Origin: a virus
Taxonomy: Duplodnaviria > Caudoviricetes
Length of the DNA stretch: 55,414 bases
Direction: 5' to 3' (one strand)
Virus record (IMG/VR): IMGVR_UViG_3300020733_000020
Coordinates: 1 to 55,414 of that record
Part shown: positions 18,401 to 30,400 of the stretch, in pieces
Numbering within the stretch: position 1 is the stretch's first letter
How the letters are laid out: the number at the start of each line of letters is the position of its first letter
Program-made: the position numbers and the translations under genes
Notes under the pieces: model-generated
The model's database searches: none
The model's input: only the letters and a program-made list of their open reading frames with translations
Told to the model about the DNA's origin: nothing

Positions 18401-21400
18401 AAATGTTATTCAAGGACACGATGGAAGTATTATTGCGGCCTACAACGATTACAGAGATCAATTAATATTAGAATTAGAAACAAGAATTTATAATAATATC
18501 AAAGTAAAATATGATCCTACAATTTTTGATATAACTGATACAATTCCTGGATATAGCAGAAATAATCCTTATTCTCTTACAGAGTTTAATAACATAATTT
18601 CTCCGTCATTCTTTCAATGGGCAGGTTTAGTTGGTATCGATTTTACACAGCAATTAACTTACGATCGATCAAATTCATTTACTTACAATTATTCGGGTGA
18701 TTCTGCACCTGACGGAACTTCAACACCTGGTTTCTGGAGAGGAGTATATCGTTGGATGTTAGATACAGATCGTCCACATCTATGCCCTTGGGAAATGTTG
18801 GGATTTAGTGTCCAGCCATCGTGGTGGACAAGTGTTTATGGTCCTGCACCATATACTAGCGACAATCTAGTCTTATGGTCTGATTTATCTACAGGCACTA
18901 TTAGACAGCCGGGCATGCCATTAACGATTGTAAAAAAATATGCTAGACCATTTTTATTGAATAATATTCCAGTGGACGAAGATGGTAATTTATTAAGTCC
19001 TATTCGATGCGGGTTAGCTAAAGGAATAGTTACTCCTAGCACAGGAAATAATTTTGTGTTTGGCGATGTAAGTCCAATAGAATCTACATGGCGTCGTAGC
19101 AGTTACTATCCATTCAGTTTGATAATAACAGCAATGCTAACAACTCCTGCAAAAACATTTGGTTTATTATTAGATAGATCAAGAATTTCTCGCAACAAAG
19201 CAGGACAAATAGTTTATACTGATAATTTACATATTCAACCATCTGAAATTTTAATTCCAAGTATCTATTCTAGCACAACTAGAGTACAAACAGCTGGGAT
19301 TGTAAACTATATTGTTGATTTAATTTTAAATATTATTTTTAGTAACAATCAAGATTCATATAATGCTTATCAATCAGATTTAAAATTAATAACACCTCAA
19401 CTAAGTTATCGAGTTGGTTCTTTTACTAATCAAGATCAATTTAATTTATTATTAGAAAGTAAAACACCATCTGCTACCGGTAGTGTATTTGTACCGAAAG
19501 AAAGCTATCAAATATTTTTAAACAGTTCAAGTCCTACACAAAAAATTACATATAGTGGTGTAATTATTACTAAGTTATCAACCGGATACGAAGTAAAAGG
19601 TTACAGCAAAACACAACCATATTTTAGTTATTACAATTATTTAGAATCTGGAGTAGATATTAATGTTGGCGGCATATCAGAAAGTTTTGTAGAATGGACA
19701 CCTGGTCAACAATATATTGTTGGACAAATTGTACATTACGGAAATTCTTATTATAGAACTGTAACTAAGAATACAGCAGGCATTACATTTACCGCAAGTT
19801 ATTATGCTTATCTTAAAGCACTACCTATAGTAGGTGGAGTAACTGCTACATTTAGAAATGCATGGGATACTACAACTATAAAAGTTGCACCATACGGAAC
19901 ACAATTTACTACAATACAAGAAGTAGTAGATTTTCTATTAGGCTATGAACAATACTTAAACAAACAAGGTTTTATATTTGACGATTTTAATGAAAAGTTA
20001 AATTCAATAGCTAATTGGTCAACTAGTGCTAAAGAGTTTATGTTTTGGACCACACAAAACTGGTATGGTAGTGATCAGACTTGGAGTGACTGGTTACCTG
20101 GACAAGTTTATCCTTATGGATCGATAGTTCGTTATAACGGAAATTACTATAGTTCTCAATTTAATATCCCTAGCCAGGATTATTTTGATATTGATCAATG
20201 GATATTATTAGCAGGTCTAAGTAATGTAGGAAGTAGCGTAATTAGTCTTAGTCCTGCGGCTAATGGTGTTACATTCATTACAGATCAAACTGTAGTTGAT
20301 AATATTTCAAATCCTTTTAATAGATATGAAATATTCAAAGTCGACGGCACACCGTTCCAACCAAGTCAATTAGATAGCTATAGAGAAAATAATACCGTTA
20401 CTTATAGTCCTAGATCAGCTGACGGAATTTATTGTGCTAGTTTTTATCTAATACAAAATGAACACGTTGTAGTTATTGACAACACAGACATATTTAATGA
20501 TGTCATTTATAACCCTCCAAGCGGTTATCGTAGAGAACGAATTAAAATTTCTGGATACATTACTGAAGGTTGGTATGGCGGTCTAGATATTCCAGGATTT
20601 ATATTTGATGGAGCTAAAGTACAAAGTTGGCAACCGTGGCAAGATTATAACATGGCTGATATTATTGCCTATCAAGGAAATTATTACAGTGCAAATAAAT
20701 TTATTGCCGGTACTGCAAATTTTGATTCTACCCAATGGACTAGATTAAAAAATCAACCATCTGCAAAGTTATTATCAAACTGGACTAATACAGCTACACA
20801 ATTTATAGATTTTTACAGTTTAGACATTGATAATTTTAACACTCAACAACAAGTATTTGCCCAGCATTTAATTGGTTATCAGAAACGACAATACTTAGAT
20901 AATATCATACAAGATCCTGTTTCAGAATTTAAATTCTATCAAGGAATGATACGTGAAAAAGGTACGCAGAATGTATTAAATCATTTGTTTAATGTATTAA
21001 GCAACGATGGCGCCGAAAGTTTAACTTTTTACGAAGAGTGGGCGATTCGTGTAGGACAATACGGTGCAGCCAATGCCTTTGAAAATTTTGAAGTAGTTAT
21101 TGATCAGAATCAATATAAAAACAATCCTCAAGGATATTATTTGACATTGTCAAATAATAAAAATGTTAGTAGCGTTATTAATCAAGTAACTCCTAATGAT
21201 GTTTATTTAAAACCTCTAGGTTATAATAGTAAACCTTTTCCTGAATTGTTAAATTCTAATTCAATATTACGTAGTGCAGGATATGTTAATCCTATAGACG
21301 TTACTTACAATATAGGATCGTTTGATCATATATATGATACTGATGCCAGTGGAAATTTATTGTATCCAGTAACTGGGATTGGTAACGGACAATGCATCTG

Positions 21401-24400
21401 GACAGCATTTGGAACTAACACTTGGAATGTTTATAGATTTACTGATCTATTAATAAGAATTCTTAATGTAACATATTCAACAGATACAAAAATAATTACC
21501 GTAACTGCACAAAATCTAGTACCCCTTAAAGTAGGTGACTGGATCGGTATAACACAAGTATCTAGTATACAAGGATTTTATAAAATTACTAGCGTGACAT
21601 TAAATGTGTTTACAATAGTAAGTCCAAAAACATTAATAGTTCCAGATCCGTTTACTCAGGCAAACGAAGTTGTTGTGTATGCATTAACTCCTCAACGTAC
21701 TAGTTCTATGGATACTCTAGATACATTGTTGTTAAGTCATTTAACACCTAATGCGCTAGTATGGACTGACGATGCTGGTAACAATAATTGGGCAGTATGG
21801 AAATACAATCCCATTTATACCACACAAGCAATTCCTAACTATACTCCTGGAACTGATTTTAATTTTGGTATAAGTCTCTCAGTTAATAGACAATCGTCAA
21901 TCCTAGCAGTAAGTAATAGTCAAGGTACTGTTGACATTTATGATAAAGTGGGTACTTCGATCAAATGGGAAGCAAGAGGACATTTATTAGAACCTTTTAT
22001 TTCAAAGAACGGTCCATTAACTGCAAGTCAAGTAGCCACAGTCTCAGCCATCAGTGCCGACGGCACTTGGTTAGTTACTGGTAGCCCATTGGCAGGACAT
22101 GCAAGAACTAATTACAAAGGAAATTATCAAACTAGTTCAACTTATGCAGTTAATGATATAGTTAGTGTACAAACAGTCACTAACGGAGTAGTTACAAATT
22201 GTTCTTATTACCAAGCATCTCAACCAGTACCGACTAATACTAGTACGACAAATACAAACTATTGGTATAAGATTAATTACATTCCTATTGTTAATCAAGA
22301 ATATGGAGCAGACTCTGCGCTAACTGCTCAGGGTGTAATTAGTATCTATAAAATTGATTCGGCAAATAATTATAATTTAATTGATACAATAGTGAGTCCT
22401 ATACCTTCAGCTAATGAGCAATTTGGCTCTAGTTTTGTTTTTGGTAATAATACATTATATGTTAGTGCCACTGGATACAACAATAATGCTGGAAGAGTCT
22501 ATAAATTATCTTATAAAACAACTGTAGAAATTACAACGCAGTACAATCCAGTTGGCAGTTTAAACAGCACTATAATAGTTACTTCAAACAGCGGTATACG
22601 TGCCGGGATGATTGTTCAAGGTACTGGATTTACTAAAGGACAAACTGTTATTAGTGTAGGAGCAGATGGCGTTACAGTAAATCTAAGCGGCACTCCGGAC
22701 ACAGGTGTAATCCCAGCAGGTACCCTTAGTTTTGTAACCATTGGATGGGCGTATGATTGGTCAGAAAATTATGTCATTAGTGGTACTACTGCCTTAGGCA
22801 CTAGTCTAGTAATAAATGATGACTACAACACACTTGCAATTACAGCAGTTGGTAAAATTTATCTATACAAAAACACAGGTAATGGATTGACATTATTGTC
22901 AACGTTATCTGGTAGTGATACATATTTTGGCAAAGCTGTTGCAGTATCTCCAACTGGAACTTACATAGCGGCGTCCGATGACACATCTGGAAATACAAGT
23001 CAGCAAGGCGGAGTAACTGTATATTCATATAGTAATGGATCTTATTCTAAATATCAAACATTGGTAAACCATCGTCCAGAAACTGATGGATTATTTGGTA
23101 ATAAATTATCATTCATGGATGAAAGTACTATAGTTGTCTATAGCAAAAATGGCGATAATACAATTACTACTTCTTTTGACTCTTTTGAAACAAATCTTTC
23201 TGATAGCCAGGAGTTATACGGTAATCAATATGTTAACGATCAAACATCTGCCGCAACTACACCGACAACATTTGATAAAAAGTCTACTAATTTTACAACT
23301 GTAGAAGTAAACAGTGGCCGTGTAGATATCTATGATAGATACAATACCAACTGGGTGTTTAGTGAAAGCATTACATCTTCTAATTTACCTAGTGACGGAT
23401 ATGGAACAGGATTTGCAGTGGGTAATAGTCAAATCATTGTTAGCGCACCTACTGCAAGTGATCAAAATTTAGCAAGTGGTTTAGTATACAGCTATGGTAA
23501 GATGCAAAATACTTATTCTTGGTCTATTTACGAACAGCAAGATAGTGTTGCAGATATCAGCAAAATTAAAAAAGCGTTTTTATATGATCGTTCACTTGGA
23601 AAATTAATAACATATCTTGATGTAGTAGATCCGTTACAAGGTAAGATACCTGGACCAGCACAAGAAGAAATAACATATCAAACATTTTATGATCCAGCAA
23701 GTTATTCTTACAGTGACGGTACAGTAAATGTGACAGTAAACACCAACGAATACTGGGACACAGCCCCAGTTGGAAAATTATGGTGGGATTTAAGAACAAG
23801 TAAATTTTTAGAAAATAATTTTGGCGACCCTGCCTATCGAAATTTTGCATGGAACACTCTGGCACAAGGTGCAAGTGTCGATGTCTACGAATGGGTGTCG
23901 ACAAATTTATTGCCATCTAATTGGGATACACAAGCAGATACTCCGGCAGGGTTAGCACAGGGTATTAGTGGAACTAGTTTATACGGTAATTCTGCCTACA
24001 GCATAACACAGACTTATGATAATATCAGTAAAACCTTTAGAAATACATATTATTTCTGGGTTAAAAATAGAAAAGTAGTTCCTGCGAATCTTAGCGGAAG
24101 AAATATGGCAGCCAATGATGTTGCCCTACTAATTGCTAATCCTAGGGCTCAAGGCTATACATGTTTGGCAATTACAGGTGTTGATTCGTTTAGCCTAGTT
24201 AATGCCGCACAATATTTAAAAGTAACAGATGTAGTTTTATCTATAGAATATTGGACTATTGATAAAAATGATCAAAATGTACATAGTCAGTGGAAACTAA
24301 TCAGTAATGATACACTAGTCGATTTACCTAAGCCTATTGAACAAAAATGGTTTGATAGTCTTTGCGGTATTGATTTAGGTGGCCGCGCAGTTCCTGATCC

Positions 24401-27400
24401 TGCGTTACCAGTAAAACTTCGTTACGGAGTTGAAAATCGTCCACGCCAAAGCATGTTTGTAAATCGCATTGAAGCGTTAAAAGAATTTATTGAAAAAGTT
24501 AATGCAACACTAATTACATATCAAACAACAGAACTGAAAGATATTAGTCCTTTAGAAAAATTTGATCCTATTCCTGATCCAATTTATGGACTTTATGATA
24601 AATCTGTTGACACATATGAAGAACTAGTATATGCCAGTGTTGGATATTTTTCAACACCTGTCCTAACTCCGATTATAACTAACGGTGTTATAACAGGCAT
24701 TACTGTAGTTAGTTCTGGTACTGGTTATGTATATGCACCTTATATCACGATAACTGGTTCAGGTACTGGTGCTGTAGTACGTTCAACAATTAATACACTA
24801 GGACAAATTACAGGAGCTACAATAATTAGTGGCGGAACTGGATACACCAATAGTACCGCATGTGTAATTCGTAATTATTCTGTATTAGTTAAGAGTGATT
24901 CAACCTCATCTGATGCATGGAGTATCTATAATTATGATGTTACATCTAAACAATATGTAAAAGTACTGACTCAATCTTATAATGTTAATAACTATTGGAG
25001 TTATAAAGATTGGTACGGTTCAGCAACAAACCCAACTACTGGTAAAATATTATTCACTGCTACACAATTTACCGCACCTGATATCACTGTTAATAATTTT
25101 GTAGATTTAAATACTGCGCAAGATATTTTCTTCCAAACTGCACGTAATGGTACAGCAGGGACCGGACAAATAGTTAAAGTATTAAACGGTAACAAAGGCA
25201 AATGGGTGTTACTATATAGATACTCAACTGTAGTATCAGTTGATTGGACACAGAGTTATCAAGTTGTTGGAATACAAGATGGCACTATTCAATTTAATAC
25301 TAACCTGTATGCCTTTGCCGGCACTAGTATCGGATATGATTCAAGCATTTTCAATACTTCAAACTTTGATGTACAAGCAAATGCTGAATTACGAATTATT
25401 CTCAACACGTTGAAAAATAATATATTGATTGGTGATCTAAAACAACAATATTTAGATTTGTTTATTAGTAGTATTCATTATGCTCACAGCGAACAAATAT
25501 ATGTTGACTGGGCCTTTAAAACTAGTTTTGTTCGTGCAACGCACAATGTTGGACAATTAAGCCAGCCAGTTAATTATCCTGTTGATAATTTAAGAAACTT
25601 CCAAGATTATGTTGCAGAAGTTAAACCTTACAGAACAAAAATTAGAGAATATATTAGTCAGTATAAAGGTGTGCCGCAAACAGACGGAGCAGATTGGGCA
25701 TACTCTGGAATAAGCGATTTTGATCTTCAACCTAATTATACTAATAATCAAATTAAACCAATTGAGACTCAATATACTAACAACAGTATATCAGTTGTAG
25801 ACCCAGCAATACAAACATATCCATGGAAATTCTGGGCCGACAATGTTGGATTTAGTATAATTGAAATTAAAATAGTCAACGGTGGTAGCGGATATATTAG
25901 TGCGCCTTTAGTAGTAATTGATCAGCCAACTGGACCAAACGCAGTAGCGGCAACAGCAACAGCTTATGTTACCAATGGATCAGTTAACAGAATTATATTA
26001 ACTAATGTCAACAGCTATGGAGCCGCTGGATCCGGTTATTTAAGCGCACCATCTATTGTGCTTAATGGTGGATTGTCGAACGGCGGAGTTGCTGGAACTG
26101 CAATAGCGGTTATTGGAAAAGGAGCAGTACGTTCTAATTTAACAGAAATGCGTTTTGACCGTGTTAACCAAACTTATTATCTAGCTAACCTTCAACAGAT
26201 TGATACATTTACTGGCACAGGTTCTTTATTACAATTTTCATTAACTTGGGCTCCTGATATTCGTGCAGGACAATCAAGTGCTACAGTTAATGATATTCCT
26301 GTATTAAGAGAATTATACACGTTAACAGTAGTAAGTAAAATTGTAGATGGATATACACAATATACTGGAAAAATTACTTTTGTAACAGCACCTGCGGTTG
26401 GCTCAACAATAGTTGTCACTTACAATAAATCACCTACTGTATTAACAGCGGTTGATCGTATACAATATTACTATAATCCTATAACCGGGCAACTAGGAAA
26501 AAATTTAAGTCAGTTAATGACAGGTGTTGACTACGGTGGAGTTACTGTTAGTGGTTTAGGATTTGATGTTGCTGGTGGATGGGGAACTGCTCCTTATCTT
26601 GCAGATGCATGGGATAGCAGACCTGCTACATTTAACGATTATGCTGTTCAAGTTTCGTCAAATACTCATGTATTTACGCTACCATTTACACCACCAAAAA
26701 ATACACAAATTAATATCTATTTTTCAAGACAAATAACTAAATCTTATACTTCAGACGGAGTGTCAACACAGTATGAATATGATTTAACTTTAAGAAACAT
26801 ATCAGTAAATGTAGTAACAACTACAACTGCTACAGCAGTTACCACTACTTACGTGTCGTCTGAAATATTCAATGGATCGACAGTCAATAGTGGCGGATAT
26901 ACATTGATTGTATCAAGTACTGCTGGTATTGTTCCAGGAATGGTTGTCGGTGGAACTGGATTCACAAAGAGACAAAAAGTTGTTAACATTGTTAATTCAA
27001 CTATTTTAACCATCAATAATGTAGCAGACGGAGTACCGTCTGGCTCAATAACATTTAGTAATCTAGCTGGAGGAGCAGTTCTAACAGTTGCTAGTACTGC
27101 GGGACTAGTAGTTGGTGATGTTGTAACTGCTTCAAGTGCGAATGGTACAATTTTTGCATATGGTACAACTATAACAGCAATTAATTCAGCTACTAGTGTT
27201 ACACTAAATCAAATTATATACACAACTATACCTGTTGGAACTACAATTACGTTCACAAAGAATTTAGTTGAACCAACAGATGTGATTATTAATGCATCTG
27301 GAACTATAGAATTAGCGCAAACATACGTTAGCGGTAGTATTATTAACATTATTGGACAACAACCTCCAGTGAGACTGGACGATCCTTATTATGGTTTAGT

Positions 27401-30400
27401 TGCTACTAGCAACTGGGCAAATAATACTGTATATGCTATCAATAGTCTTGTACTCGTAGATAGTATTTCATATGTATGTCAAACTGCGCATACTTCTGCC
27501 AGCACATGGCCTACAGATTTTGCTAAAGGATATTGGAAAGCAGTAAACACTAATGCAATTATTCCAACACCTATTATTGGTGTTAGTGTAATAGCAAATG
27601 TTGTTGACGGAGGATCTACCGGCGGCGCTGGCGCAACTATCGCAATAACATTTAACGGTGTTGACGATGGCGGATCTGTAGGTGGAGCAAGCGTGACATT
27701 TACTAGTGTTATTGATGGCGGCATTATTGATGATAATCCAACAAACGTAATTGAAATTCCGGCGTCGTTTACCGTGCTAGACGGAGATGAATTTATTCTA
27801 AGAGAAAGTACTAGTGATGGTTCTGTTCCAACTACAGATGCAAATTACGATACAATAATGGATGGTGGAAATTTAGCCTATTCAACTGCTACGGGTATTG
27901 CCGCAGATGACATTCTTGTGGATGGTGACGGATTTGTAACTCCAACCTCTAGTCCTGCACCTGAAGAAGTAGTTCCCGGACAAGTAGTAGATGCGTTAGC
28001 AATTAAAGTTTATGACAAATCACAATCTGGTGCCGCCGCTATCAAAGCTATTTCTCAAGTAACCGACGGTACAACTTCAACTTATTCTATAGGACAAACT
28101 CCTAATAGTCCTAGAGCTATTATAGTAAAATTAGGTAACACTATAAAAACATACGGAGTTGATTATACTGTTAACTATTCGCAAGGCACGATAACATTTA
28201 TTTCAACTACTGTTGTTAATGGAATTACTCAAACAGTTGCTACTGCTCCTACAGCTGGACAGTTAGTAGTAATTTTCAGTATTGGATTTAACGGTAATAA
28301 CATTTTAGATTTAGATTATTTTGTTGGTGATGGAGTAACAACTGAATTTATAACAAGAGCATCTTGGTCTGATTCTGTAACAAGTTTAGTATATGTTGAT
28401 GGACAAGTTGTACCAGTAGAGTTATTTAAAACTGACAACAAATATACATTTCCTAATGCTATTGGTATTCAGTTACAGAACGCACCTAAAGCTGGACAAC
28501 TAATCAATTTTATTATTGTTAGTGGTAATCAGCAGACATTTGCTATTACTAAAACTGAAACAATTATTCCTACAGGTGCTAAAACATATACTCTGCAATA
28601 TCCAATAGGAAAAACATTGCCTAATGAAAGTAATATGATTGTTAGAGTTAATCAATCTATACTGAATACTCCAATTAATAATTATTTTACTATTGCTAAT
28701 AATCAATTAACATATACAGTTGATCCTGCAAAAGCACTTCCATATTCTACAAACAGTAGTAGTGTACAAGTGTATGCAGGTGGCAATCTTTTATTACCAA
28801 GTTCTGATTATTTTGTAGATCCTACAGGAATATCAGTTACTATCAATAAAAATGTTTATGCATTTTATCAAAATGAACAACTAATTGTTAGTATCATAAC
28901 TAACGAAGGATATTCCTATGATCCAGTTACTGGACAAATTACATTTGCATCTGCACCAGCAATTAATTCTACTGTTGAAGTTATTAGCAACTATGTTCAA
29001 GATACCCTTAACATTCAAAGAACAGAAATTCAATATTCGTCAACATATTCGTTGACACCCGGAACAATAGCATTTTTCCAATATAATGCATTAGGCGGTG
29101 GATTAGTAAAACTAGATAGACCTGTAATTGACACTAACTATGTTTGGGTTACTAAAAACCAAACACTTCTATCACCAGGAGTTGAATATAAATTAAATGA
29201 TGACTTACAAAGTTTAAGATTAACAAAACCTTTAGCCAGCTCTGATGTATTAGAAATAATAACATTTGACAGTAATGTTTTACCATCATCTGGTATATCG
29301 TATATGCAGTTTAAAGACATGTTAAATCGTGTAACTTATAAACGATTAAATGCTAACAAGAGAACAACTCTTGTACAAGATTTAAACTGGAATGATACCC
29401 AAATCGCAGTAAGTGATGCTAGTCAATTTGATCAACCTAATGCCGCTGGAAATCGCCCCGGCGTAATTGAAATTCGAGGAGAACGCATAGAATATTTTGC
29501 AATAGATTATAATACAAATACTTTAAGCCAACTACGCAGAGGAACGTTAGGAACTGGTATCTATAACACTAACAAGATTGGATCATTTGTTCAAAATATT
29601 AGCGCCAGCGAAAATATTCCGTATGTTGACACAATAACAACTGATACAATAAAATCACCAGGAGGCGGTGTTCCTAGAGTAACTGGTTCAGTGTTAGCTA
29701 CAACCTCAAGTGTTTCGCAAGCTATTGGATCTTTCTCTATAACATCGACTACTGGACAACTAGCAGTTAAAACAGGAAGTTATTATATAGGGCAAGTAGT
29801 ATCAATAACCGGACAACCAGCTCACGCTACTCTTAATGGTGTAGTATCACTAGGAACAGGAGGACAATTTTATTGCCTACCATCTTTAGTAACACTAGCA
29901 GTAGGACAGTCAGTAAACATTACAAACAAAACAGCTACTTTGTATTTGAGCGGGATAGCTATTACTGGAACGAGTGGACAATTTAGTTGCACAGCAAGCC
30001 CTGCACCATTGATTCCAGGGCAACAAGTAACTCTATTAGGGTTAACAAATGTTGTTCATACATTATCTGGAGTGTCAATAACAGGAACATCAGGCAACTT
30101 TAATTGTAATCCGTCGTCAATTGTTCTTGCAGTCGGGCAAACAGTTACAATTTCTGGACAAGCAGGTGGCAATGGAAGTATTGTTGGATACACTAGTCCC
30201 ACAACTTATACTATTAATTCAACAGATGGAAGATCAATTTTTTCATTAATTACTGCTCCAGCAACATTTACAAATATTTCTGCTACTACTGTTACTGGAT
30301 TTGGATCCGGAGCAAGATTTACAATACTTGCGGCAAATACTGTTTATACTGTTACTGTTGTATCTGGAGGATCAAATTACGCAGTCAATGATACTCTTAC